From positions 1,917,571 to 1,981,570 of the forward strand of contig OY970255.1 of NCBI GenBank assembly GCA_963715595.1: a DNA stretch of 64,000 nt. The letters run 5' to 3'. A program made the position numbers and the translations under genes. This DNA is from an uncultured Actinomycetota bacterium (GTDB lineage: Bacteria; Actinomycetota; Actinomycetes; Actinomycetales; CAWJMD01). Under the pieces are notes generated by a model. It did no database searches. It was not told the origin of the DNA and was given only the letters and a program-made list of their open reading frames with translations. Below are positions 22,622 through 41,058 of this stretch, piece after piece. Every line of letters begins with the position of its first letter. Positions within the stretch are counted from its first letter, which is position 1.

Positions 22622-23506
22622 TCAGCGACCCGCGAGCGCCCGGGCGCAGTCGTCGGCGGTGCGGCGGGCGGCCTCGCGCAGCCGGACGACGTCGGGTCCG
22701 GCCCCGAGCACCTCCCGCGAGGACGAGGGCAGGACCTGCGAGCGGGACGCGCCGAACACGGCGGCGAGCCCGTCGGCCGTGCCGCCCTGGGCGCCCAGCC
22801 CCGGGGCGAGCAGCGGGCCGCCGCACGCGGCGAGGTCGATGCCGAGCTCCTGCGCGGCGGGCCCGACGGTGGCTCCCACGACCAGGCCCACCGAGCCCAG
22901 CGGGCCCGGGTGGCGGGCGTTCTCCTCGCCGACCTGCTCGACCACCGTGCCGGCGACGCTGCGACCGTCGGGCGCGGTGGCGTGCTGCACCTGCGGCCCC
23001 TCGGGGTTGGACGTCAGCCCCAGGACGAACACGCCGCGCCCGGTGAGGTGCGCCAGGTCGAGCAGCGGCCGCAGCGAGCCGAACCCCAGGTACGGCGAGG
23101 CGGTCACGGCGTCGCCGGCGAGGGTCGAGGTGGCGCCGGCGTAGGCGTCGGCGTAGGCCTGCATCGTCGACCCGATGTCGCCGCGCTTGGCGTCGACGAT
23201 GGTGAGGGTGCCGGTGGTGCGCAGGTCGCCCACCACCTGCTCGAGCACGGCGACACCCCGCGAGCCGTGCCGCTCGAAGAAGGCCGACTGCGGCTTGACC
23301 ACCGCGACCGTGCCCGCGAGCGCCTCGACGCAGGTCAGTGCGAACCGCTCCAGACCGGCCGCGTCGTCGTCCAGTCCCCAGTCGTGCAGCAGCCCCGGGT
23401 GCGGGTCGATGCCCACGCACAGCGGGCCGTGCTGGTCCATGGCGGCCCGCAGGCGGGTGCCGAAGGGGACGGTCTCGTGGCGGACGGGCTCGGTCTGCTG
23501 GGTCAC
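22622..23506 (-). CDS. pyrF: Orotidine-5'-phosphate decarboxylase
   Basis: [45 protein letters not shown]. Confidence 0.96.
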   Translation of the reverse strand: MTQQTEPVRHETVPFGTRLRAAMDQHGPLCVGIDPHPGLLHDWGLDDDAAGLERFALTCVEALAGTVAVVKPQSAFFERHGSRGVAVLEQVVGDLRTTGTLTIVDAKRGDIGSTMQAYADAYAGATSTLAGDAVTASPYLGFGSLRPLLDLAHLTGRGVFVLGLTSNPEGPQVQHATAPDGRSVAGTVVEQVGEENARHPGPLGSVGLVVGATVGPAAQELGIDLAACGGPLLAPGLGAQGGTADGLAAVFGASRSQVLPSSSREVLGAGPDVVRLREAARRTADDCARALAGR

Positions 23507-23520
23507 GAGGGCCTCCGTGA

Positions 23521-24463
23521 TCAGGTGTGGGCGATGCCGACCACGTCGGCGACGCGGTCGAACCCCTTGTCGGACAGGGCGTCGGCGAGCTCGCGGGCGA
23601 TCCGCGTGGGCGCCGAGGGGTCGTGGAAGACGACGGTGCCGACCTGCACGGCGCAGGCGCCGGCGGCGAGCAGCTGCAGGGCGTCGAGGCCGGTGCGCAC
23701 GCCCCCGATGCCGACGACGGGCGCGGTGGGGAGCCGGCCCTCGCGCATGGCCGCGGTGAGCTGCCAGACCACGCGGACGGCGACGGCGCGGATCGCGGGG
23801 CCGGACAGCCCGCCGGTGATCCCGGCGAGCCGGGGCCGCAGCGTGTCGGTGTCGACGACCACGCCGAGCAGCGTGTTGATGGCGCTCAGGCCGTGGGCGC
23901 CGCCCTCCAGGCACGCGGCGGCGATCGTGACGACGTCGGTGACGTCGGGCGAGAGCTTGGCCAGCACGGGGACGCCGGGACGCGCCTTCTCGACGACGGC
24001 CGCGAGCACCTCGCGGGAGGCGCCGGGGTCGCAGGCGAACACGAGGCCGCGGTTGGCCACGTTGGGGCAGGAGATGTTGACCTCGAGCGCGGCGACGTCG
24101 TCCTCGGTCCGCGAGGCGCTCGGCGAGGTCGGCGAACTCCTGCACCGAGCCGCCGGCGATCGAGACGACCGCGGTGGCGCCCGCCTCGCGCAGCCACGGG
24201 AGGTCGTTCTCGCAGAACGACTCGATGCCGGGCCCCTGCAGGCCGATCGAGTTGAGCATCCCGGACGGCGTCTCGGCCATCCGCGGCGTCGGCCGGCCCG
24301 AGCGCGGCGCCTGCATGACCGACTTGGTGACGACGGCGCCGATCTGCGCGACGTCCTGGAACGTCGCCAGCTCGCGACCGGCGGCCGCGCACCCGGACGC
24401 GGTCATCACCGGGTTGCGCAGCGCGAGCCCGGCGACGCTGGTCGTCTGGTCGAGGGCGCTCAC
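23521..24463 (-). CDS. pyrD: Dihydroorotate dehydrogenase, class 1B catalytic subunit (frameshift near 24110)
   Basis: [48 protein letters not shown]. Confidence 0.93.
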
Positions 24464-25350
24464 GTGGCGGCTCCGGCGTCGGGGGTGGCGGGGGCGGGCA
24501 CGGCCGGCGCGACGGGCGCGCCGAGGCAGTCGTCCGGGACGCGCGAGCCGCCCGGGCCGATCGCGTCCCAGCGCAGGACCGCGCCGTCGAAGACGGGTCC
24601 GTCGACGCAGGAGCGGGTCATCCGGGTGGTGCCGTCGTCGCCGACGACCGGCAGCACGCACGTCATGCAGACGCCGATGCCGCAGGCCATCGACTCCTCG
24701 ACCGCGAGCCACGTGGTCACGCCGAGCCCGCGGGCGACCTCGTGCACGGCCCGCAGCATGCCCATCGGCCCGCACGCGTAGGCGGCGGTGGCGCCGTGCC
24801 GCTCGACCAGGCCGGGCAGCACGTCGGTGACCAGGCCGCGGGTGCCGGCCGAGCCGTCGACGGTCGTGACGGTGACCGTGTCGGCCTGGTGCTCGGCCTG
24901 CTCGTGCCCGAACAGCCGGGCCTCGTCGGCGGCACCGGCCACCAGGTGGGCGCGGGACCCGTTCTCGCGCAGCACCTCGGCCAGCCAGCCGAACGGCGCC
25001 GACCCGTACCCCCCGCCGAGCAGGACGGCGTCGGTGGGCGCGTCGGGCAGCGGGAACGGGCGGCCGAGCGGCCCGACGACGTCGAGCTCGCGCCGACCGG
25101 CGTCGCCGCCAGCCCCGTCGTGCCCGGGCCGTGGGCGGCGACGACGACCTCGACGGTGCCCTGCTCCGGGTCGGCGCGGTGCAGCAGAACGCCCGCCGCA
25201 GCAGCAGCGACGACTCGGGGCCGCCGACGGCGCACGCGACGAACTGCCCGGGCCGCGCGTCCCGCGCGACGTCGGGCGCGTCGAGGACGAGGTGGCGGTA
25301 GGCACCGGCGGGCTCGGCGACCAGGACGGTGGCCCGCACCTGCACCGCCG

Positions 25351-25354
<4 letters not shown>
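24460..25354 (-). CDS. pyrK: Dihydroorotate dehydrogenase electron-transfer subunit (frameshifts near 25190 and 25095)
   Basis: ARPGQFV...[44 protein letters not shown]...CVDGPVF. Confidence 0.9.
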
Positions 25355-28694
<3,340 letters not shown>

Positions 28695-28696
28695 GG

Positions 28697-29880
28697 CTAC
28701 TCCCCCTCCCTCGAGTGTGATCCTGGACGTCGACACGCCGGCGTGTCCTGCGCGGGTCCTCGGCGGCCATCAGGTCGACGAAGCGGTCGAACAGGTAGCC
28801 GGCGTCGTGCGGGCCGGCGGCGGCCTCGGGGTGGTACTGCACGCAGAAGGCCGGCACGTCGAGGCACTCGAGCCCCTCGACGACGTCGTCGTTCAGGCAG
28901 ACGTGCGAGACCCTCGCCCGGCCGAGCGGGGTGTCGAACGGCTGACCGTCGCCCGCGCCCTCGGGGGCGCGCACCGCGAAGCCGTGGTTGTGCGCGGTGA
29001 CCTCGACCTTGCCGGTGGTGCGGTCGAGCACCGGCTGGTTGATGCCGCGGTGGCCGTAGGCTGAGCTTGTACGTGTCCAGCCCCAGCGCCCGGCCGAGCA
29101 GCTGGTTGCCGAAGCAGATGCCGAAGAACGGGATGCGCCGCTCCAGCACGGCGCCGGCCAGCGCGACGACCTCGGTGGTGGCGCCGGGGTCGCCCGGGCC
29201 GTTGGAGAGGAACACGCCGTCGGGCGCGACGGCCAGCACGTCGTCGACCGTCGAGGCCGCCGGCAGCACGTGCACCTCGATGCCGCGCTCGGCCATCCGC
29301 GCGGCGTCATGCGCCTTGATGCCGAGGTCGACCGCGGCGACGGTGAAGCGCCGCTCCCCGACCGCCGGGACGACGTAGGCGGCGTCGGTCGAGACCTCGC
29401 CGGCCAGGTCGGCCCCCGTCATCGCCGGGGCCTCGCGCACGACGGCGAGCAGCTCGGCCTCGCTCGCCAGCGGCGTCGCCCGAGAAGACCCCGACCCGCA
29501 TCGCGCCGCGCTCGCGCAGGTGCCGGGTGAGGGCGCGGGTGTCGACGCCGCTGATGCCGACCACGCCCTGCGCGGCGAGCTCGTCGGCGAGGTCGCGGGT
29601 CGAGCGCCAGCTCGACGGGCGCCGGGCGGGGTCGCGCACGACGTAGCCCGACACCCAGATGCGGGCGGACTCGTCGTCCTCGTCGTTCCACGCCGGTGTT
29701 GCCGATGTGCGGCGCGGTCATCACGACCACCTGCCGGTGGTACGACGGGTCGGTCAGCGTCTCCTGGTACCCGGTCATCGCGGTGCAGAACACGGCCTCG
29801 CCGACCGTGGAACCCGTTGCGCCGTAGGACGATCCGTAGAACGTGCGGCCGTCCTCGAGCACCAGCACGGCGTCAGCCAC
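28697..29880 (-). CDS. carA: Carbamoyl-phosphate synthase small subunit (several frameshifts; 3' end approximate)
   Basis: [55 protein letters not shown]. Confidence 0.94.
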
Positions 29881-30412
29881 GGGTGTCCTCCTTCGGGGTC
29901 GTCGGGTCGCCCGCGCCAGGTCGGGCGTCGATCAGGGTGCGCACCGCGGCGACGAGCGGCTCGCGGTCGCTCTCGTGCCGGGTGCGCAGGTGGGTGTCGA
30001 GCGGGTGGTCGCCGAGGCGCCAGGTGAGGGTCACCAGGCCCTCGGCGTCGACGAACTTGCCGGCGGCACCGCGTTCGCGGCGCACGTCGTCGAGAGCAGC
30101 TGCGGGCAGCCACAGGTCGGGTGCCCCGCCGCGGGCGACCTGCACGCCGCCGGCGTGCACCGACACCGTCGCGGACGACCGCTCCCCGAGCCCGTGGGCC
30201 ACGACGCGGTCGAGCCAGTCGCCGGCACGGGTCGACGAGACGTAGACCGCCTCGACCGGTCCGTACGCCGCCGGGCCCGGGTCAGCGGGCGGCGCGGTGG
30301 GCGCGGGGAGGTCGGCCTGCCGCCGTGCGCGGGACCGCCAGCCCCACCACATCAGCCCCCACAGCACGGGGACGACCAGGAGCAGCAGCAACCCGGCCTG
30401 CACCTGGCTCAC
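29873..30412 (-). CDS. Conserved PH-like domain membrane protein of the actinobacterial pyr operon
   Basis: N-terminal [15 protein letters not shown]...[20 protein letters not shown]...AGKFV...TWRLG; conserved position between pyrC and carA. Confidence 0.85.
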   Translation of the reverse strand: MSQVQAGLLLLLVVPVLWGLMWWGWRSRARRQADLPAPTAPPADPGPAAYGPVEAVYVSSTRAGDWLDRVVAHGLGERSSATVSVHAGGVQVARGGAPDLWLPAAALDDVRRERGAAGKFVDAEGLVTLTWRLGDHPLDTHLRTRHESDREPLVAAVRTLIDARPGAGDPTTPKEDTRG

Positions 30413-31750
30413 GTGCGTGCCTGCCCGGCGAGCCGGTCGAGGTCGCGCTCGTCGAGCGGGTCGGCGAGGGCGCCGTCGAGCACCGTGGGGTGGCCGTGCC
30501 AGAACGTGGCCACGACCTGTCCGGGCAGCTCGCGGCCGCGGAACGGGCTGTTGCGGCCGCGGGTCGCCATCGCGGCGGGGTCGACCGTCCGGGTCGCGGC
30601 GGGGTCGACGAGCGTGAGGTGCGCCGGGGCGCCCACGGCGAGCGGACGGTCGTACCCGCCGACCCGGCCGATCGCGGCCGGGGTGGTCGAGGTGACCCGC
30701 GCGACGCCGGCCCAGTCGAGCAGCCCGGTGTCGACCATGGCGTGCTGGACGACCGACAGCGCGGTCTCCAGCCCGGTCATGCCCATCGCGGCGGCCGACC
30801 ACTCGCAGTCCTTGTCCTCCACCGGGTGCGGCGCGTGGTCGGTGGCGACGACGTCGATGGTGCCGTCGGCCAGCGCCTCGCGCAGCGCCTGCACGTCCTC
30901 GGCGGTGCGCAGCGGCGGGTTGACCTTGAACACCGGGTCGTAGCCGCGCACCTCCTCGTGGGTGAGCAGCAGGTGGTGCGGGGTCACCTCGGCGGTCACC
31001 TGCACGCCGCGCGCCTTGGCCCAGCGCACGATCTCGACCGAGCCGGCCGTCGACAGGTGGCACACGTGCAGCCGGGCGCCGACGTGGCCGGCGAGCAGCA
31101 CGTCGCGGGCGATCACGGCCTCCTCGGCCACCGCGGGCCAGCCGGCGAGGCCGAGCACCCCGCTGAGCGTCGCCCTCGTGCATCTGGGCGCCGTCGGTGA
31201 GCCGCGGCTCCTGCGCGTGCTGGGCGACGACGCCGTCGAAGGCCTTGACGTACTCGAGCGCGCGGCGCATCAGCACGGCGTCGTCGACGCAGTGGCCGTC
31301 GTCGCTGAACACCCGCACCCCGGCGGCGGAGTCGGCCATGGCGCCGAGCTCGGCGAGCCGCTCGCCCTGCAGGCCCACCGAGACGGCGCCGACCGGGCGC
31401 ACGTCGCAGCGACCGGCCCGTCGGCCGAGCCGCCACACCTGCTCGACCACACCCGCGGTGTCGGCGACCGGGTCGGTGTTGGCCATCGCGTGCACGGCGG
31501 TGAACCCGCCCAGAGCCGCTGCGGCCGAACCGGTCTCGACCGTCTCGGCGTCCTCGCGCCCGGGCTCGCGCAGGTGGGTGTGCAGGTCGACCAGGCCGGG
31601 CAGCGCGACCAGCCCCTCGGCGTCGACGACCTGCGCGCCGTCGGCGGCCAGGCCCGCACCGGCCTCGGCGACCACGCCGTCGCGCAGCAGCAGGTCGGTG
31701 GGGTCGCCGCCGAGCAGGCGGGCCCCCTTCACCAGGTAGGTGCGGCTCAC
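30409..31750 (-). CDS. pyrC: Dihydroorotase (frameshift near 31170)
   Basis: [47 protein letters not shown]. Confidence 0.95.
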
Positions 31751-32715
31751 GCGAGACCCTCCTCGGCGGGCTGGTCGCCCGACAGCAGCAGGAAGAGCGC
31801 GGCCATCCGCACGGCGACGCCGTTGGAGACCTGCTCGACGATGGTGGAGCGGACGCCGTCGGCCGCCTCCGCGGTGATCTCCAGGCCGCGGTTCATCGGC
31901 CCGGGGTGCATGACGATCGCGTGGTCGGGCATCAGGTCGGTGCGGCGGGTGTCGAGCCCGTACCGGCGCGAGTACTCGCGCGCGGACGGGAAGAACCCGC
32001 CGCCCTGCGCGGTCATCCGCTCGCGCTGCACCCGCAGCATCATCACGGCGTCGACGCCGCCCGCGAGCGCCTCGTCGAGGTCGTACGACACCCGGCACGG
32101 CCAGGTCCCCACACCCACCGGCAGCAGCGTCGGCGGCGCCACCAGCGTCACCTCGGCGCCGAGGGTGTGCAGCAGCAGCACGTTCGAGCGGGCCACCCGG
32201 CTGTGCAGCACGTCGCCGACGATGGTGACGCGCGTGCCGGCGAGGTCGGCCCCGTGCGGGTCGGCGACCAGCCGCCGGCGCATCGTGAAGGCGTCCAGCA
32301 GCGCCTGGGTGGGGTGCTCGTGGGTGCCGTCGCCGGCGTTGAGGACGCTGCCGCGCACCCAGCCGGAGTGCGCGAGCCGGTGCGGTGCGCCGGACGAGGG
32401 GTGCCGGACGACGACGGCGTCGGCGCCCATCGCCTCCAGGGTGAGCGCGGTGTCCTTGAGGCTCTCGCCCTTGGACACCGACGAGCCCTTGGCGGAGAAG
32501 TTGATGACGTCGGCCGACAGCCGCTTCGCCGCCGCCTCGAACGAGATGCGGGTGCGGGTGGAGTCCTCGAAGAACAGGTTGACGACGGTGAGCCCGCGCA
32601 GGGTCGGCAGCTTCTTGATCGAGCGCTGCTGCGTCGCCGCCATCTGCTCGGCGACGTCGAGCAGCCGCACGGCGTCGTCGCGGGTCAGGTCGGCCGCCGA
32701 GAGCAGGTGCCTCAC
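31747..32715 (-). CDS. pyrB: Aspartate carbamoyltransferase catalytic subunit
   Basis: [38 protein letters not shown]. Confidence 0.98.
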   Translation of the reverse strand: MRHLLSAADLTRDDAVRLLDVAEQMAATQQRSIKKLPTLRGLTVVNLFFEDSTRTRISFEAAAKRLSADVINFSAKGSSVSKGESLKDTALTLEAMGADAVVVRHPSSGAPHRLAHSGWVRGSVLNAGDGTHEHPTQALLDAFTMRRRLVADPHGADLAGTRVTIVGDVLHSRVARSNVLLLHTLGAEVTLVAPPTLLPVGVGTWPCRVSYDLDEALAGGVDAVMMLRVQRERMTAQGGGFFPSAREYSRRYGLDTRRTDLMPDHAIVMHPGPMNRGLEITAEAADGVRSTIVEQVSNGVAVRMAALFLLLSGDQPAEEGLA

Positions 32716-33284
32716 GCCGTCACCCCCTCGGCGGGGGCGTCGCCGCCCTCGATGACCACGCCGTCCTCGCCGTCGATCTCGGCCAGGCGCACGGTGACCC
32801 GCTCGCTGGTCGAGGTCGGCAGGTTCTTGCCGACGTGGTCGGCGCGGATCGGCAGCTCGCGGTGCCCGCGGTCGACCAGGACGGCCAGGCGCACGGCCCG
32901 GGGGCGTCCGAGGTCGGAGAGCGCGTCGAGCGCGGCCCGGATGGTGCGGCCGGAGTAGAGCACGTCGTCGACGAGGACGACGACCTTGTCGTCGATGCCG
33001 CCGTCGGGCAGCTCGGTGGCCTCGAGGGTGCGGGTGGGGTTCCGGCGCAGGTCGTCGCGGTGCATCGTCACGTCGAGGGCGCCGGCTCGAAGGCCCGTAC
33101 CGGGCTCGACCTGCTCGACCACGGCGGCGAGCCGGTGGGCCAGGGGGACGCCCCGGGTGCGGATGCCCAGCAGGACGAGGTCGTCGGCGCCCTTGTTGCG
33201 CTCGAGGATCTCGTGCGCGATGCGGGTGAGGACCCGGGAGATGTCGTCGGCGAGCAGGACCGGACGAGCGCGTGCGGACGCCAT
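32712..33284 (-). CDS. pyrR: Pyrimidine regulatory protein/UPRTase PyrR
   Basis: [51 protein letters not shown]. Confidence 0.97.
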   Translation of the reverse strand: MASARARPVLLADDISRVLTRIAHEILERNKGADDLVLLGIRTRGVPLAHRLAAVVEQVEPGTGLRAGALDVTMHRDDLRRNPTRTLEATELPDGGIDDKVVVLVDDVLYSGRTIRAALDALSDLGRPRAVRLAVLVDRGHRELPIRADHVGKNLPTSTSERVTVRLAEIDGEDGVVIEGGDAPAEGVTA

Positions 33285-33292
33285 CAGGCGAC

Positions 33293-33326
33293 TCCTTCCC
33301 CGCCTCGCAGGACGGAGGTTGAAGGA
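33293..33326 (-). promoter_or_regulatory. PyrR-binding RNA stem-loop that sequesters the pyrR Shine-Dalgarno sequence
   Basis: Minus strand reads TCCTTC-AACCT-CCGTCCTGCGAGGCGG-G-GAAGGA. The core matches the PyrR consensus UCCNGNGAGG, and the 3' arm GAAGGAG is the RBS about 7 nt before the ATG. Confidence 0.85.
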
Positions 33327-33415
33327 CTCGGTGCGCGCTCGACACTACCCGAGGTGGGACGACCGGCCGCGTCGGGTCCCCTGGTGACGCTCGGTGTGCC
33401 ACTCTGGTCCTGGCA

Positions 33416-33430
33416 GTTACCGTGCGTGAT
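33416..33430. promoter_or_regulatory. Putative BldD box (autoregulation)
   Basis: GTTACCGTGCGTGAT fits TNAC-N5-GTNA, about 37 bp upstream of the bldD start. Confidence 0.5.
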
Positions 33431-33466
33431 CTCGGCACCGCGGTCACCTGAGAGCGAAGGGCGACG

Positions 33467-33961
33467 ATGAGCGAGTACGCGAAGGCACTGGGGGCTCAGC
33501 TGCGCGCGGTGCGCACGGCGGCGAGCCTGTCGTTGCAGGGCGTCGAGCAGCGCTCGTCCGGTCGCTGGAAGGCGGTCGTGGTCGGCTCGTACGAGCGCGG
33601 CGACCGCGCCATCACCGTGCAGCGGCTCGCCGAGCTCGCCGAGTTCTACGAGGTGCCGGTGGCGTCGCTGCTGCCCGAGACCTCGCCCAGCGAGGCCGCC
33701 GCCGCTCCCCCGCGGCTGGTGCTCGACCTCGACCGGCTCGCCCAGGCGCCGCAGGACACCGCCCAGGCGCTGGAGCGCTACGCCCAGACCATCCTCGAGC
33801 AGCGCGGCGAGAGCGGCGCCTCGTCGCTGTCGATCCGCACCGAGGACCTGCGCACCCTCGCCGTCATCTACGACCTGACGCCGGTCGCGCTGGTCGAGCA
33901 GCTGATCACCTGGAACGTGCTCAACGCCGACGCCCGCCGCGCCGTCGCCCCCACCGACTGA
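33467..33961 (+). CDS. bldD: BldD-family XRE transcriptional regulator
   Basis: [15 protein letters not shown]...[41 protein letters not shown]...[16 protein letters not shown]; divergent from pyrR as in Streptomyces. Confidence 0.93.
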   Translation: MSEYAKALGAQLRAVRTAASLSLQGVEQRSSGRWKAVVVGSYERGDRAITVQRLAELAEFYEVPVASLLPETSPSEAAAAPPRLVLDLDRLAQAPQDTAQALERYAQTILEQRGESGASSLSIRTEDLRTLAVIYDLTPVALVEQLITWNVLNADARRAVAPTD

Positions 33962-33982
33962 CCCTCCGCCGGCTCTTCGCGG

Positions 33983-34018
33983 GCCACGTTCAGTAGGCGA
34001 TCACCTACTGGACGTGGC
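33983..34018. terminator. 15-bp stem hairpin after bldD (terminator or REP-like palindrome)
   Basis: gccacgttcagtagg-cgatca-cctactggacgtggc. Confidence 0.65.
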
Positions 34019-34071
34019 GTGCGAGCCCAGCGGAGTACGCGCTCGCCTCGCGAAGTCGCGGGCGGTGCGGC

Positions 34072-34153
34072 GTCGGACGAGAGCGGTGGGCTTCATCCGG
34101 ACGCGTCGGCCGAGCAGTCCCGTCGACGAACGCGGCCGAGTCGTCGGTGCTGA
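34072..34153 (-). repeat. Degenerate direct copy of the nusB 3' end (34777-34857)
   Basis: ggcttcatccggacg...cggccgagcag...gacgaacgcgg-cgagtcgtcggtgctga is shared; roughly 85% identity by eye over about 80 bp. Confidence 0.9.
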
Positions 34154-34704
34154 CGGTGCTGCGACGTCGGGGGTTGCGCACCGTGGCAGCCGTCGACGCG
34201 TGGCGCTCGCTCGCCCTCGACCCGAGGCTGCACGTCGACGACCTCGTCGTGACCGGCGACGCCGTCGTGCGCCGCGAGGGGCCGGCGGCGCTGCGGCGCC
34301 TGGTGGCGGACCACGAGGGACGGCGGGGCGTCCGCAGGATGCGGGAGGCGGTCGCCCTGGTGCGGGAGCGGGTCGACTCGCCGCAGGAGACCCGCACCCG
34401 GTTGCTGCTGGTGCGTGCCGACGTGCCCGAGCCGGAGACCGGCCTCGACGTGCACGCCGACGACGGGTCCGGCTGGCTGTTCTGCCCCGACATGCGGTGG
34501 AGGTCGGTCGAGGTGGCGCTGGAGTACGACGGCCGGGATCACCTGCGCGACGACCGGCGCGCCCGCGACGACGCGCGTCGCGACACCGCGGAGCGGCACG
34601 GGTGGAAGGTGCTGGTCGCGGTGGCCCGCGACCTCACTCACGGTCGGACGCCGCTCGTCCGCCGGGTGGAGGACGCGTTGCGCGAGCGCGGCCTGTCGTG
34701 GTGA
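34147..34704 (+). pseudogene. DUF559/very-short-patch-repair-like endonuclease domain protein, probably 5'-truncated
   Basis: LVVTGDAVV...VDSPQETRTRLLLVRADVPEP...PDMRWRSVEVALEYDGRDH...DARRD...GWKVL; no clear N-terminus. Confidence 0.75.
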
Positions 34705-34713
34705 CCCGCGTGC

Positions 34714-34757
34714 GCAGGAGACGGGGCGTCCGGTCGGCGAACTCGCCCCTGTCCTGC
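34714..34757. repeat. Imperfect REP-like palindrome downstream of the DUF559-like gene
   Basis: gcaggagacggggcg...cgcccctgtcctgc. Confidence 0.55.
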
Positions 34758-34777
34758 ACATCCGGCAGGAGATCGGG

Positions 34778-35188
34778 TCAGACGAGCAGGGTCGGCTTCA
34801 TCCGGACGAGCCGGCCGAGCAGGCCGTTGACGAACGCGGGCGAGTCGTCGGTGCTGAGCGACTTGGCCAGCTCGACGGCCTCGTCGACGGCGACCGCGTC
34901 GGGGATGTCGTCGCACCAGAGCAGCTCGAACAGGCCCAGCCGCAGCACGGCGCGGTCGACCGCGGGCATCCGGTCGAGCGTCCAGCCCTGTGAGTAGGTG
35001 CTGAGCAGCTCGTCGATCCGCTCGCGGTGCGCGACGACGCCCTCGACCAGGGTGACCGCGTACTCGGGCACCGGCGGGTCGGCGGCCGGCAGCCGCTCGC
35101 GCAGCACCGCGACCGGCTCGAGGCCGCGCTGGTCGGCCTCGAACAGCACGTCCAGCGCGCGCTTGCGGGCCTTGGACCTGGCCGCCAC
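34778..35188 (-). CDS. nusB: Transcription antitermination factor NusB
   Basis: VAARSKARKRALDVLFEA, WTLDRMPAVDRAVLRLG, VAVDEAVELAK, FVNGLLG. Confidence 0.97.
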   Translation of the reverse strand: MAARSKARKRALDVLFEADQRGLEPVAVLRERLPAADPPVPEYAVTLVEGVVAHRERIDELLSTYSQGWTLDRMPAVDRAVLRLGLFELLWCDDIPDAVAVDEAVELAKSLSTDDSPAFVNGLLGRLVRMKPTLLV

Positions 35189-35353
35189 TTCAGCGGCCCC
35201 CGTCCGCGCTACCGGGAGCGAGGACGACGTCCGAGCGACGCCTCGCGGCGTTCTCGTCGTCGCCGATACAACACCGGTATCGGACTCCTCCTCGGCCTTG
35301 CGAGGCATCCACCCGGACACCGCCTCGCAACCCGCCAGCCCGAACGGCGGCCA
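35189..35353. repeat. Palindromic insertion element between efp and nusB
   Basis: Central hairpin ccgatac-aacaccg-gtatcgg within cggcgttctcgtcgtcg...ctcctcctcggccttgcg; the ends carry a near-duplicated AGTGGC(C/G)GCC (minus strand). Confidence 0.6.
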
Positions 35354-35914
35354 CTAGTTCACGCGCCCCAGGTAGTCGCCGGTGCGGGTGTCGACCTTGA
35401 CCTTGGTGCCGGTCTCGATGAACAGCGGGACGGCGATCTGGGCACCGGTCTCGAGCGTCGCGGGCTTGGTGCCGCCGGTGGAGCGGTCGCCCTGCAGGCC
35501 CGGCTCGGTGTAGGTGATCTCCAGGACGACCGACGTCGGCAGCTCGACGTACAGCGGCGTGCCCTCGTGCACCGCGACCACGGCGGTCTGGTTCTCGAGC
35601 ATGAAGTCGGCGGCGTCGCCCACGGTGGCCGCGGGGATGGTGACGAAGTCGTAGGTGGACGCGTCCATGAACACGAAGTCGTCGCCCTCCTTGTAGGAGT
35701 ACGACATGTCGCGCTTGTCGACGTTGGCCGTCTCGACCTTGGTGCCGGCGTTGAAGGTCTTGTCGACGACCTTGCCGCTCAGCACGGCCTTGAGCTTGGT
35801 GCGCACGAACGCCGGGCCCTTACCGGGCTTGACGTGCTGGAACTCGACCACCGACCAGAGCTGGTTGTCGAGGTTGAGCACCATGCCGTTCTTCAGGTCG
35901 TTCGTGGAGGCCAC
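35354..35914 (-). CDS. efp: Elongation factor P
   Basis: [49 protein letters not shown]. Confidence 0.98.
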   Translation of the reverse strand: MASTNDLKNGMVLNLDNQLWSVVEFQHVKPGKGPAFVRTKLKAVLSGKVVDKTFNAGTKVETANVDKRDMSYSYKEGDDFVFMDASTYDFVTIPAATVGDAADFMLENQTAVVAVHEGTPLYVELPTSVVLEITYTEPGLQGDRSTGGTKPATLETGAQIAVPLFIETGTKVKVDTRTGDYLGRVN

Positions 35915-36031
35915 CGGTTTCGCTCTCTCTCGCGGTGGGCGCACGCGCGCCCGGGAAGTCGTCTGGGATCGGTCGATGCTACCCGCCGGGCCGTACGCCC
36001 ACCGAATCCTCGCTGCTCGACCGCGGCGGGG

Positions 36032-40122
<4,091 letters not shown>

Positions 40123-40152
40123 GCGCCGATCCTCCCACGGTGCCCGGACGCG

Positions 40153-40187
40153 CCGACGGGGCGCCCACGTCGTGGGCGCCCCGTCGG
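40153..40187 (-). terminator. Perfect 17-bp inverted repeat closing the pil locus
   Basis: ccgacggggcgcccacg-t-cgtgggcgccccgtcgg. Confidence 0.75.
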
Positions 40188-40204
40188 GCGTGCGTGCGGT
40201 TCGA

Positions 40205-41038
40205 TCAGGGGGTGAAGAAGAGCGGCACCGCCTGGCCGAGCCACAGCGTGTAGTCCGCCGTGGTGGACGGGTCCTCGGCGTCGACGACCGACACCCGAAC
40301 GCGGTCGACCTGACCGTCGGAGTCGATGTCGTCGAAGCCGGTCACGACGACGGCGACAGCGGGCCCGAAGAGGTACACCGGGTCGTCCACCCGGACGCCG
40401 GCGACGGGGTTCTCGCCCCGGGAGTCGCGGATCGTGAAGCTGGCGCTCGCCGGCGCCGCCTCGACGACGTCGTCGACGGTCAGCGTCACCCAGGTCGGGG
40501 TCCTGCCGTCGGCACCGGCGGGCCCGGTCGCGCCCGGGTCGCCCTTGGGGCCCTTCGCGCCGGCTTCGCCCTTCGCACCCGTCTCGCCCTTCTCGCCGGG
40601 GACCGGGGTGGGGGTGCCCGAGGACGAGCCGCCCGAGGACGAGCCGCCCGACGACGAGCCGCCCGACGACGAGCTGCCCGAGCCGGGACTGGTGGTGCCG
40701 GCGTTCTCGACCGGCGTGGTGGCGGCGGCCCCCTCGCCTCCAGCCACGACCTGGGCGGCGAACGGGTTGCGGGACGACAGCGCCACGATCGGCGCCTGGG
40801 CCCCGGGCAGCTCCTCGAGGACGGGCCCGTCGTCGACGACGGGACCGCTCGCTACCGGCGGGGGGGCGAGGACCTCGTCCTCGCCGCCGGTGAGCAGGAC
40901 GAATCCGCCCACCCCGAGGACGGCGACGGCGGCGACGCCGCCGAGGGCGAGGAGGAGGGGCCGTCGCGAGCTCGTGGGCTCGGGTGCCGTGCGGGTCGGC
41001 TCAGCCGGGAGCGGCGTGCCGAACGGGCTGGTGGTCAT
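40205..41038 (-). CDS. Pilus-associated membrane-anchored protein with Ser/Gly linker and collagen-like (GXY)11 segment
   Basis: N-terminal TM ([22 protein letters not shown]), RNPF motif, SSGGS repeats, [33 protein letters not shown]. Confidence 0.75.
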   Translation of the reverse strand: MTTSPFGTPLPAEPTRTAPEPTSSRRPLLLALGGVAAVAVLGVGGFVLLTGGEDEVLAPPPVASGPVVDDGPVLEELPGAQAPIVALSSRNPFAAQVVAGGEGAAATTPVENAGTTSPGSGSSSSGGSSSGGSSSGGSSSGTPTPVPGEKGETGAKGEAGAKGPKGDPGATGPAGADGRTPTWVTLTVDDVVEAAPASASFTIRDSRGENPVAGVRVDDPVYLFGPAVAVVVTGFDDIDSDGQVDRVRVSVVDAEDPSTTADYTLWLGQAVPLFFTP

Positions 41039-41058
41039 GGGTTCTGTCTCCTGACGGG

